Shown in pieces: positions 39,489 to 47,544 of a DNA stretch of 47,544 bases. The notes beneath the pieces are model-generated. The model made no database searches and was not told the origin of the DNA. It saw nothing but the letters and a program-made list of their open reading frames with translations. The stretch spans positions 10,473 through 58,016 of the forward strand of contig CAYRFE010000023.1 in NCBI GenBank assembly GCA_964423645.1. Direction: 5' to 3'. A program made the translations under genes and the position numbers. The stretch comes from an uncultured bacterium (lineage in GTDB: Bacteria > Macinerneyibacteriota > Macinerneyibacteria > Macinerneyibacteriales > CAYRFE01). Every line of letters starts with the position of its first letter. The first letter of the stretch is position 1.

Positions 39489-39700
39489 TAATCTCAATGG
39501 GTCAAATCCCCCGAAGCTTGCTTCGGATTTACTATTAATTTTGTTATTATAAGGGGTGTGGGGACGAATTCCCCCACATATTAAAAAAATAAGCCCCGCC
39601 CAAAAGAAAAGGGCGGGGTTTGGGGTGGGCAAACAAATATAGTGTTTTTTGGGGCGATACCCCGTAGCTTGCTGCGGGGTAGTTCATTTTTGCAGGTTGA
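39489..39700 (+). repeat. modular intergenic repeat, copy 6: 5' module + G-rich core (subtype with compensated stems) + 3' module
   Basis: tttaatctcaatgggtcaaatcccccgaagcttgcttcggatttactattaattttgttattataa + ggggtgtggggacgaattcccccaca + [ccccgccc aaaagaaaa gggcgggg] tttggggtgggcaaacaaat + ggggcgataccccgtagcttgctgcggggtagttcat. Confidence 0.85.
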
Positions 39701-39776
39701 TAACAGGGGTGTCGGTAGAGCGCAATGTAAAATTATGGTAGTTTTGCATAAATCTCAAGATATACGTTCTTTTAGT

Positions 39777-39840
39777 CTAAATGAGGCAAATCCGCCGAAG
39801 CATACGCTAGGTTGACTATGATAATTGTGACATGGGAAGA
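39777..39840 (+). repeat. solo, degenerate 5' module of the repeat family
   Basis: tttagtctaaatgaggcaaatccgccgaagcatacgctaggttgactatgataattg aligns with the 5' module (tttaatctcaatgggtcaaatcccccgaagc...). Confidence 0.55.
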
Positions 39841-40063
39841 AGTGTGTAGGTTGAGGTCAGGCAAATCAAAAGCGTCACAGTTTGGGTGGTATAGGAAAGA
39901 TCTTTCCGGGATCAACCTGGCAATTATCGATCGATCGCATCGCATTATACCACAAAGTTCATCGTGGGGAGAGGCTATATACCTCTCCGCAGGGATGTAT
40001 TCTTAAAACGGCAGTTTCGCAAAGGTCTATAGAGAGATGCAGCGCATTGTTTTTCCTGGAGGA

Positions 40064-40768
40064 TTATTCCATCTCGAAGGATACTGCTACAGTGGCAGTA
40101 ATTGTGATCATTCCGGGTGAGAAACTATCACTTGAGGGAGAGCCGGAACCCAATTCGACCATTGAATTTTGTGTCATCTGGCGCTCATTTCGCATATAGT
40201 TGTACCAATAGTTGGACTGATTCTCATTAATACTGAATGGTTTTCCCACTTTCATTCCAAGCTCAGTCGCCAGAGCGACAGCCTTTTCTTTTGCTGCTTT
40301 TATTGCCATTTGACGCGCGGTGTCTCGATGTTTACGCAAATCAGTGGTCCGAAATGTAATGTCATGGATATAGTTTACGCCTCCGACAAGAATATCGGTC
40401 GTAAGGGATTCAAATTTCGTAAGATCTTTCAGCGTGACCACAAAACGCTTTGTTACGAAATATCCTGAAAATTCTTTTTTCGGGTATGTTTCATACCGTG
40501 GTTCGATAGTTATGTAATCTGTTTTAATGTATTTTTCCTCGACCCCTGATTTTTGAAAGATGCTTTTTACTTGTCGAGATTTTGTGTCATTTTCTTGCTT
40601 TGCTATGATCAGATCTTTGTTTGATGTCTCAATAGCGACCGTGATAACGACCTCATCGGGTATCACACGGATCTCTGCCTCCCCGGTTACCTGGATCGTT
40701 CGATCAAAGGCATTGAGAGACAACAATAAACCAATTTGTGCTAGTACGATGACAACAAAATATTTCAT
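40064..40768 (-). CDS. SIMPL/DUF541 domain periplasmic protein
   Basis: Signal peptide MKYFVVIVLAQIGLLLSLNA. 234 aa. VTGEAEIRVIPDEVVITVAIE start and size are typical of DUF541/SIMPL. Confidence 0.55.
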   Translation of the reverse strand: MKYFVVIVLAQIGLLLSLNAFDRTIQVTGEAEIRVIPDEVVITVAIETSNKDLIIAKQENDTKSRQVKSIFQKSGVEEKYIKTDYITIEPRYETYPKKEFSGYFVTKRFVVTLKDLTKFESLTTDILVGGVNYIHDITFRTTDLRKHRDTARQMAIKAAKEKAVALATELGMKVGKPFSINENQSNYWYNYMRNERQMTQNSMVELGSGSPSSDSFSPGMITITATVAVSFEME

Positions 40769-40873
40769 GATGGTCTCCTTTGTTTAATGAATAGTATACG
40801 ACATTCCATGAGTAAAATCAAGAGACGGTTTTAGTGATCACAGGGGGCATCATTGTTGAAAATATAAATGTTG

Positions 40874-41102
40874 AGACCTTTGCGAAACTATCATTTTTTG
40901 AATTTGTGCCCACCCCATCCTTCGACGGAGTTTACACTGAGCGAAGCCGAAGTGCTCAGCACAAGCGCCCCTCCCGCGAAAAATCGGGAGGGGCTTTAAT
41001 TTTCGGTTACAGACACGGCATGCCGTGTCTCTACACCGTCCCCACGCCCCTTTTTTGAAAAAAAGAAAATATAAAAATTTTGAATTTTGCAAAGGTCTTA
41101 TC
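40874..41102 (-). repeat. G-rich modular intergenic repeat, copy 7 (complete with TIRs; subtype A, reverse orientation)
   Basis: agacctttgcgaaa ... atttgtgcccaccccatcc ... [cccctcccg cgaaaaatc gggagggg] ... gacacggcatgccgtgtc ... cgtccccacgcccc ... ttttgaattttgcaaaggtctta. Confidence 0.85.
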
Positions 41103-41204
41103 TTACCAATCGTTTTTTTATAACACTCTCATACGTCTTGTCTTTACGCGGAGCAGTAAAAAATGTAGTTTCGCAGTGGTCGGTGTATTGCATTTTGATG
41201 AGGA

Positions 41205-41681
41205 TTACTCAAGGTCTTTTTCTATTGATTTGGTAAGGATGTTTCGTTCATCACCGATATTTTGTAAAGCATCACGTAACAGTTCTATGAGAGAAAGGAT
41301 TTTGTTGTCATACGGTTCTTCTACGTGAATATAATCAAACGATGAAAGACGTGAGTAAAACGTGGACGTTTGTAAAATGAGGATTTTAACTTGAGACTCG
41401 GGCTGGTAACCATATAATGCAATATGTTTGTTGTTAAAAATAATTTCATATTTATTTTTATACTTGAACACACCATAACGTTTCTCGCCGTGCATCTGTT
41501 GTGTGTACGTTGTTTTGAGCATATGCAGTAATTCCAAAATGATATCCGTTTCGGGAAAAAGTAATCGTGCTCGTGCGTTATTAATCGTGCGCTTATCGCC
41601 GATAAATGAAAACGTATGCCATAATGTGGCAATGACAAGAAGTGCGCCGATCGCAAAAAGAGTTATTTGAACGAATGTCAT
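41205..41681 (-). CDS. hypothetical membrane-anchored protein (single N-terminal TM)
   Basis: Start MTFVQITLFAIGALLVIATLW with RBS aaaggagaccttATG. Forms an ATGA overlap with the mscS-like stop, implying translational coupling. Confidence 0.45.
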   Translation of the reverse strand: MTFVQITLFAIGALLVIATLWHTFSFIGDKRTINNARARLLFPETDIILELLHMLKTTYTQQMHGEKRYGVFKYKNKYEIIFNNKHIALYGYQPESQVKILILQTSTFYSRLSSFDYIHVEEPYDNKILSLIELLRDALQNIGDERNILTKSIEKDLE

Positions 41682-42733
41682 AAGGTCTCCTTTTTTGAAA
41701 GATTTGGAGTATCGGTGCGTGTGACGATCGTGCGAACTGCATACGGCAACGGTAAACCTTCTTGTTTGAATCGAGTTATAAATCGTTTGATACATTCATG
41801 TCGCAACGGAAATTGTTTGTCGAATTGCTCGACGTACACCCATATTGTACCTTCTACACGGGATTCCGTCCATTGCTGAAAACGTATAATAGGAGCATAT
41901 CCATGGACAGTTCCGCCGACATTCTCCATAGCATGAATTGTCTCCTCAATAAGGATTTTTTCCGCGAACTCAAGATCTGCTTCGGGGTTGATCGAAAAGG
42001 GTATTCCCACATAAAGCTTGCGAGAGGGGTATGAGAAATTGGTAAGGATAGTCGCTGCTATTTGTGTGTTCGGCACAATGACAATAGTATCCGACATGGT
42101 TCGTATCACGGTGTTTCGCCATGTAATATCGGTTATGTAACCCTCTTCTCCGGAAGAAAGTTTTACGTAGTCATTTGAGTGAATATTATGAGCAGCCAAA
42201 ATATGAATGCCGGCGAATAAATTTGATAGCGTGTCTTGCAGTGCAAGAGCCACTGCCAAACCGCCTACACCGAGAGCTGTTATGAGTGGAGTGATCGATA
42301 CTCCCAAGTATTGTAAAAGGATCGTACAGCCTCCGATATAGACAAAGATTCGTACAATATTTGATACCAATGATGTTGTAGGTAGATCGCCTGATGCATT
42401 TTTGCCATACGCGCGAATGAAACTTGATGCGATATTTGCAATAAAAAGTGCGATAGATATGATGGTAATGGAAATAATTGTTTTTATAATAATGTGATTC
42501 ACGGATGGCTCAAACATTTCTGCAATAAATTCATATGCAGCAAACACGGTTCCGAGAAAGATCCAGAACGCGATAAAACCCTTCATGGACATCGAAACGA
42601 TGCAGAGGGTGTTTTGATTGGTTTTACATGTTGCTTTTTTGATTCTTCGAATAATCACGTGTTCGACAAGGATACTGATAATAATACCGCCTGCAAGAAT
42701 TGATAACGGTACAATCCACTCATTCATATTCAT
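41678..42733 (-). CDS. mechanosensitive ion channel, MscS family
   Basis: 3-4 N-terminal TM helices, then the conserved pore helix ALGVGGLAVALALQDTLSNLFAGI and the beta domain VIVPNTQIAATILTNFS. Confidence 0.8.
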   Translation of the reverse strand: MNMNEWIVPLSILAGGIIISILVEHVIIRRIKKATCKTNQNTLCIVSMSMKGFIAFWIFLGTVFAAYEFIAEMFEPSVNHIIIKTIISITIISIALFIANIASSFIRAYGKNASGDLPTTSLVSNIVRIFVYIGGCTILLQYLGVSITPLITALGVGGLAVALALQDTLSNLFAGIHILAAHNIHSNDYVKLSSGEEGYITDITWRNTVIRTMSDTIVIVPNTQIAATILTNFSYPSRKLYVGIPFSINPEADLEFAEKILIEETIHAMENVGGTVHGYAPIIRFQQWTESRVEGTIWVYVEQFDKQFPLRHECIKRFITRFKQEGLPLPYAVRTIVTRTDTPNLSKKETL

Positions 42734-42748
42734 GATTTTCCGCCTGTT

Positions 42749-43312
42749 CTATTGAAAAAACAAATGCTCTATAAGTATTTTCACGCCAATTGCTATTAAG
42801 ATACAACCACCAAGAAATTCCATTTTCTTTTCAAATAATGCACCGAAACGACGCCCGAGATATACTCCTAAAAAACACACGACGAAAGTAATGACCCCGA
42901 TGATAAGTGCAGGTTTTAATATGGTTATCTGTAAAAATGCAAAAGTGACGCCTACTGCAAGAGCATCGATGCTTGTTGCGACCGCGAGTGTTAACAAAAC
43001 AAGAAGTCGTAAAGGATTATTTTCTTTTTCGGCCTCATCTATCATATATGACTCGTAAATCATTTTACTGCCAATGAATCCTAAAAGTCCGAATGCGATC
43101 CAGTGATCAACTGTGGTTATATAGGATTTAAGAGTCGTACCGGCAAGCCATCCGACGGCAGGCATGAGGGCTTGAAAAAATGCAAATATAAACGCTATTG
43201 CACAGGCATGTTTAATTTTTAGATTTTTGATGGCAAAACCGCTACTGATCGATACCGCAAAAGCATCCATCGATAAACCAAAGCCGATAATGATGATCTC
43301 AATAAGTCTCAT
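42749..43312 (-). CDS. mntP: manganese efflux pump MntP family protein
   Basis: 187 aa, six TM helices, duplicated DAFAV/DALAV motifs (GLSMDAFAVSIS ... ATSIDALAVGVT) characteristic of MntP/DUF204. Confidence 0.7.
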   Translation of the reverse strand: MRLIEIIIIGFGLSMDAFAVSISSGFAIKNLKIKHACAIAFIFAFFQALMPAVGWLAGTTLKSYITTVDHWIAFGLLGFIGSKMIYESYMIDEAEKENNPLRLLVLLTLAVATSIDALAVGVTFAFLQITILKPALIIGVITFVVCFLGVYLGRRFGALFEKKMEFLGGCILIAIGVKILIEHLFFQ

Positions 43313-43322
43313 ACAACCTCGG

Positions 43323-43670
43323 TCACAATAGAATATTGAATTTTTTTATGAGGACCGCGGTAAGTTTGTAGAGAAGAACAGTGACGGAACATGCGATCGC
43401 AAGAGCAGGGAAAAACAGCATTTTTTTTAACAAAAGCGGAAGAATGATAAATAATGCGAGCGAAGGAATGACCATCCAAAACACTGTGTATGACAATTCA
43501 ATAACCTTTTGAGTGTTTTTTGTGTCAAGATATAACCAAATGATCGCTAAGAGCGAAGTGAGCGGAAGCGAAATAAGAACCCCGCCGATCGAGGGGTATT
43601 TTTTTGATATTTCTGAAGCGACGACAATGATACTTGCGGAGATAATAAGTTTTATTATATATAAAAGCAT
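43323..43670 (-). CDS. hypothetical small membrane protein (4 TM helices)
   Basis: 115 aa, wholly hydrophobic. Adjacent to mntP. Confidence 0.4.
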   Translation of the reverse strand: MLLYIIKLIISASIIVVASEISKKYPSIGGVLISLPLTSLLAIIWLYLDTKNTQKVIELSYTVFWMVIPSLALFIILPLLLKKMLFFPALAIACSVTVLLYKLTAVLIKKFNILL

Positions 43671-43800
43671 ACCTGTCCCTTCTTTCTGTGGTGAGTATAT
43701 CGCGGTTCAACTTTTCATGCAAGCATACTTTTTTAATCTGCAACAAAGTTTGTCGTTTTACGTAATATAAATAATAAAAAGGATATATAAGGAGGAGACC

Positions 43801-44574
43801 ATGAACGCATTTAAGCAGAAAATATCGGAAGAAATTAAACAAGTATTACTCCAATCAGATACCGTGTTTGCCGCCTGGGAAGGCGGTTCTGCCGCGACAG
43901 GATTTGAAGACAGCTATTCTGATCTTGATCTTGCGGTATTGTCTGGTACCGATCATGTCGAGGATGTGTTTGTGCTGATATCTCATTTTCTGGAAAAACA
44001 ATACGGAATTCTTCATTCGATCCGTATGCCTGAGCCTGCATGGCATGGGATGTCGCAGTGTTTTTATTTTATCAACGGGGCTCCTGATTTTTTTTATATT
44101 GATCTTGCGGTGATGAAAGAAGATGTTAAAGATCCATTGCTAGAAAAGGAACGACATGGACATGCCAAAGTGTGGTTTGATAAAAAGAATTTTGTTGTAC
44201 CGGTGACGATAGATATGACGAAATACCAACAAAAGATGCGCGATCTCTATAAACACACCGTTGCTTTTTTCCCATTACTGTTTGTTGAGTTTAAAAAAAA
44301 TGCAACAAGAGGAAGTATCGTTGAAACTTGGAAATTATACAATAATATACTCGGTCAGTTTATCGCAGTCATGAATCTCAAATATCGTCCTGCGAAATTT
44401 GATTTTCAGTCCCGATATATCGAACGTGACTACCCCGCTGATGAAGCGATGCTTATTCAATCGCTCTGCATGCCAAAAACGATGACTGAAATGAAAAGTA
44501 ATGGTGATTACATTGAGAAGCGCTTCAAAGACATATGCAAAGAATTAGCGAATACATATGGTGACGTATCTTGA
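43801..44574 (+). CDS. nucleotidyltransferase-domain protein (aminoglycoside/lincosamide nucleotidyltransferase-like)
   Basis: N-terminal minimal NTase motif GGSAATGFEDSYSDLDLAVL (G[GS]x9-13Dh[DE]). RBS aaggaggagaccATG. Confidence 0.6.
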   Translation: MNAFKQKISEEIKQVLLQSDTVFAAWEGGSAATGFEDSYSDLDLAVLSGTDHVEDVFVLISHFLEKQYGILHSIRMPEPAWHGMSQCFYFINGAPDFFYIDLAVMKEDVKDPLLEKERHGHAKVWFDKKNFVVPVTIDMTKYQQKMRDLYKHTVAFFPLLFVEFKKNATRGSIVETWKLYNNILGQFIAVMNLKYRPAKFDFQSRYIERDYPADEAMLIQSLCMPKTMTEMKSNGDYIEKRFKDICKELANTYGDVS

Positions 44575-44620
44575 GTGAACGTTGTGCATAACACAGATTG
44601 AATGCAATTTTTTTTATCAA

Positions 44621-44650
44621 GTAACTGCATTCCGATAACTGCATTCCGAA
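44621..44650 (+). repeat. short tandem direct repeat (2 x ~14 nt)
   Basis: taactgcattccga repeated twice, head to tail, between convergent genes. Confidence 0.6.
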
Positions 44651-44687
44651 ACGATCGTTTTTTTAAGTGATTGGTAAATGAGCTATA

Positions 44688-45251
44688 TTATTGTGTGACG
44701 CCCTCACCGGGATTGTGAATTTTATTTCTCATTTCTTCAACTTCTTCTAGCAATTTCTTAACTCTCTGATTTGCATCCATAGCTTCATTTTGTAATCCGT
44801 CTATCATTTCATTGCTGATTTCTAAGATTGCTTTCAACTCTTCTTCTGATGAATGCAACATATTGATATAGTTAATGACAGTTTTAATTTTTATTATCAT
44901 TTGAACCACATTGAATGGTTTTGTGAGAAAATCATCCGCACCTGCGGCAACGATCTCATCCCAAAGATATTGATCGGAGTAGCCTGTCATGATAACAACA
45001 AAGATATCCTTGTTATACTCTTTTATCCATCGAGTGAGTTCCAAACCGTCCATACGAGGCATTTTTATATCGGTGATTACGACCGGATAATGATTTTTGA
45101 GAATTTTTTCTACCGCTTCTCTGCCGTCCTGAGCTTCATCGGCATTTATTTTTTTATTCATACATACCATTTTTATCATTTCACGAATCTCTGCGGTGTC
45201 ATCAACTATCAGGATAGTTGTTTCATTATTATTTATGCGTTGTTCTTCCAT
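44688..45251 (-). CDS. response regulator receiver-domain protein with C-terminal coiled coil (no DNA-binding domain)
   Basis: REC motifs ILIVDDT, PVVITDIKMPRMDG and VVIMTGY. C-terminal heptad-like region. Confidence 0.75.
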   Translation of the reverse strand: MEEQRINNNETTILIVDDTAEIREMIKMVCMNKKINADEAQDGREAVEKILKNHYPVVITDIKMPRMDGLELTRWIKEYNKDIFVVIMTGYSDQYLWDEIVAAGADDFLTKPFNVVQMIIKIKTVINYINMLHSSEEELKAILEISNEMIDGLQNEAMDANQRVKKLLEEVEEMRNKIHNPGEGVTQ

Positions 45252-45320
45252 ATGATTGAGTATACGGCATCAATATGGGTTGTTCAAGTGAAAAGCACTG
45301 ACAAACGCTGAAGACACCGT

Positions 45321-45758
45321 TTAATTGTTGATAATAGGTTTTTCCCATGAGGCGATCCCGCCCTGAATGCAATAAAACATCGGATGCGTGACGGGTGTGG
45401 TTAATTGTTGATAGTGAATAAATCGTTCATACGATCGAATAGATAACTTATGCAACAGGTGTTGCCATTCATAGGCGATTTGACCGTGCGTTACAGGAAG
45501 TGAGATTTGTTCACATACAATAATTTTCTTCATATCAAATGAATACTTACGAGACTCGGCCTCTTGTGCAATCGCAAACAGATACCTGCCTATTGCACCA
45601 AGCGGATCGGACGTGGCGCGGAAGCGTTCAAGCTGCGGATGATTTTTGTAGCCTTTCGTCTCACCGCGCAGAACTGCTTGTGCAAGCAAACCTTCCCGCC
45701 ACACAGCGGTCAATCCTTGCCGATCAAGATATTTCGGATGCAAACTCCAAAGGCGCAT
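45321..45758 (-). CDS. pyrimidine dimer DNA glycosylase (T4 endonuclease V-like, DenV family)
   Basis: MRLWSLHPKYLDRQGLTAVWREGLLAQAVL matches the N-terminal catalytic region of the pyrimidine-dimer glycosylase family (N-terminal amine nucleophile plus an HP.YLD.-type motif). Confidence 0.65.
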   Translation of the reverse strand: MRLWSLHPKYLDRQGLTAVWREGLLAQAVLRGETKGYKNHPQLERFRATSDPLGAIGRYLFAIAQEAESRKYSFDMKKIIVCEQISLPVTHGQIAYEWQHLLHKLSIRSYERFIHYQQLTTPVTHPMFYCIQGGIASWEKPIINN

Positions 45759-46005
45759 GTTACATTACACTTCTTACCACGCGGAAGCCGATTTCAGCTT
45801 TGGTGATATCAGAATATTTTTTCCACATGTTATAGCGGAATATTTTTTCGTTGTCATAAAACTTCCTTCCCGGGAAACCAATCTTGTCGGATCACGGACA
45901 ATACTTTTTATTGCTGGAATCGGCATGCTCATCTCAATAATACTCGCATAGATTGCTGATTATGTCAAAGAATATATTGTCAGTATTCTTTTTTTCTTTC
46001 AGTAT

Positions 46006-46070
46006 TTAATCTCAACCGGTCAAATTCTTCGAAGCTTTCTTAGGCATTACTGAGGTAGTTTGTGATACGA
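46006..46070 (+). repeat. solo, degenerate 5' module of the repeat family
   Basis: tttaatctcaaccggtcaaattcttcgaagctttcttaggcattactgaggtagtttgtgata aligns with the 5' module consensus. Confidence 0.55.
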
Positions 46071-46240
46071 GAAGCTGTGCGAGGATTGTAGCGACAGGGA
46101 TTGCCTTTGCCTGAAATCACCGAATCGCAAATCGATTATTATTTTTTGAGGTATTCCGCCGTTTGCTGCGGTGATGTTCAGTTGCTACAAACTGTTGCCA
46201 TTGGTGTATGTTCATATTATCTGCTTAAACCACGTCACAA

Positions 46241-47269
46241 TCAATCAAGATTCCATAGGGATCGGTTTGCGAGCACTGTTTCTGAGGCAAGCTCCCGAAA
46301 GTATTGAGCGTCATTTTCTGAAAGATCACCATTGTAAGGCGTATTTGTCACAGATTCTTTAAATAGTGATGCATAGAGCACGCAAGCGTAAAGATACGAG
46401 CCTGTTGCTGTCGGATGCCACCCGTCAGTCATGTACAGGGCATTTCTTCGGGAAGTATCTGTCGTTTCATGCCAAGCCATTCCTATAGGGACTATACCGA
46501 AGTCATACTGTTGTGACACAAACTTCACTCCGTCGAGTATGTGCTGGTACAATTCCTCATAGGTATAATTAAAATATCCTTCAGGCATTGTCCAACACAT
46601 AAAATAGAGTATTTTTGTCTTTTTACTGTTCGCGGTAATTTTATTTTTTACATATGTTAACGCTTCAAGTTCTTTTGCACGGTATTCTTCGCATGCAACC
46701 AAATCATCAGATTGCAGAAAGACATAATCCCATTGTTTCTCGACCAGAATATTGGCAAATGTTTCATTTGTGTAATATGCTCTAAAAGACGGCCCATAGA
46801 CCAGATAGTTCGTGACTTCGATGTTTTTCCCGTTGAGTGACGCAAGTGTTTCAAACGTATGAGGCATATCGTTTGCCCCGGTTAAGCTGTTACCGACAAA
46901 TAGAATGTGTAAGGGAGAATGTGGAGGTGTAAGACTTTTTACTGTTATTGACTGTGTCAGTGTTGATTTCTGTGCATCTTCAATATAAACGATGTATGTG
47001 CCTACGCTACAATTTTCTATATTTTTTGCTATCTCACCGGTTGACCATAAATAAGAATACGGAGGAACACCTCCTGAAACCGAAATAGTTATTGCGCCGT
47101 CCTTCGAATCATCCGTGGTGGTATCGGTCACCATAAAAGATATTTTCAAAGGATCCTGGTTTTCGATCGGAGAGGTTATGTTGTTGTTTTTTGTGCATTG
47201 CACAGAAACAATAAGAGTAATGAATACCGAGATATGAACGAGAAAGTTTTTTGCTATGTGATGCGACAT
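46241..47269 (-). CDS. secreted SGNH/GDSL-like hydrolase family protein (DUF4886-like) with N-terminal Ig-like segment
   Basis: Start MSHHIAKNF with perfect RBS aaaggaggaattattATG and a signal peptide. HILFVGNSLTGANDMPHTF resembles the GDSL/SGNH block I. The six-frame ORF extends to 47305. Confidence 0.5.
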   Translation of the reverse strand: MSHHIAKNFLVHISVFITLIVSVQCTKNNNITSPIENQDPLKISFMVTDTTTDDSKDGAITISVSGGVPPYSYLWSTGEIAKNIENCSVGTYIVYIEDAQKSTLTQSITVKSLTPPHSPLHILFVGNSLTGANDMPHTFETLASLNGKNIEVTNYLVYGPSFRAYYTNETFANILVEKQWDYVFLQSDDLVACEEYRAKELEALTYVKNKITANSKKTKILYFMCWTMPEGYFNYTYEELYQHILDGVKFVSQQYDFGIVPIGMAWHETTDTSRRNALYMTDGWHPTATGSYLYACVLYASLFKESVTNTPYNGDLSENDAQYFRELASETVLANRSLWNLD

Positions 47270-47442
47270 AATAATTCCTCCTTTTTTTCCGGTTTGACTA
47301 TACACGATCTTTTCACTCAGGCGGTAGTATTATGACAAAGAGTGATTATTGCGGACAATCGAATTTCATCAGTAATCACCACGTTCGATCTATGACGAGT
47401 AAGCTGCGAACACAGTAAGATTTCGTAAATTTTTCACTCTAA

Positions 47443-47499
47443 GGACTTTGCAAAACTTTCATTTTTGAATTTGTGCCCCCCCTTCCGCCCCCCCCCCCA
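47443..47499 (-). repeat. truncated 3'-end fragment of the G-rich repeat with an expanded poly-C/G homopolymer
   Basis: aaggactttgcaaaactttcatttttgaatttgtgccc + cccttccgcccccccccccc. Its reverse complement matches ...gggcacaaattcaaaaa..gttttgcaaag. Confidence 0.6.
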
Positions 47500-47544
47500 T
47501 TTTTCAAATGTATGTTTCGTTTGATCTTCATGTTTATTATTAAT

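Noticed and set aside
39812-40199. ORFs 39812-40006 and 39882-40199 as genes
   Set aside because: They lie entirely within the repeat-module pile-up, overlap each other in different frames and have no SD sequence.
1-47544. CRISPR array
   Set aside because: The G-rich repeats are separated by kilobases and by genes, not by 25-50-nt spacers. They vary internally, and no cas genes are present.
1-47544. tRNA or rRNA genes
   Set aside because: No GTTCGAATC-type T-loop in cloverleaf context and no rRNA-like conserved stretches were seen in any intergenic region.

Overview
The window is a 47.5-kb chromosomal segment from a low-GC bacterium. It carries mostly housekeeping genes: dnaG-rpoD, ilvC-def-fmt-DUF116, yggS-yggT-like-divIVA-PNP, ileS-dksA/traR-like-lspA-pyrBI, a KamA-family radical SAM gene, rluD-like and others. 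Outer-membrane beta-barrel proteins, an FlgD-Ig-like secreted protein and the ileS-(DksA/TraR zinc finger)-lspA order suggest a diderm FCB-group or candidate-phylum lineage. A lysine-fermenting Cloacimonadota-like organism is a guess from the KamA-family gene and is not proven. The most striking signal is not a protein-coding system. It is a previously unannotated family of modular, hairpin-rich, G-quadruplex-prone intergenic repeats with MITE-like terminal inverted repeats built on the palindrome TTTGCAAA. At least 8 core copies or fragments and 5 copies of an associated 5' module occur in the window, in both orientations. The modules include a conserved ~70-nt 5' module, a G-rich core of roughly 100 nt (85-120) with two hairpins that show compensatory base changes between copies, and a 3' module. 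One copy supplies the last codons and stop codon of a membrane-protein gene, and a ~0.9-kb non-coding stretch at 39.15-40.06 kb is a pile-up of these modules. Other notable items are a four-gene, translationally coupled minus-strand cassette of sensor kinase, sigma54 activator and Cys-rich zinc-ribbon protein next to a solo IS3-OrfA-like HTH protein and a 4-EF-hand protein; a VanZ-like domain fused in frame to a HemN/HemZ-like radical SAM enzyme; a T4-endoV-like pyrimidine-dimer glycosylase; and a TTG-initiated rpoD directly abutting dnaG. No CRISPR array, tRNA or rRNA was found.
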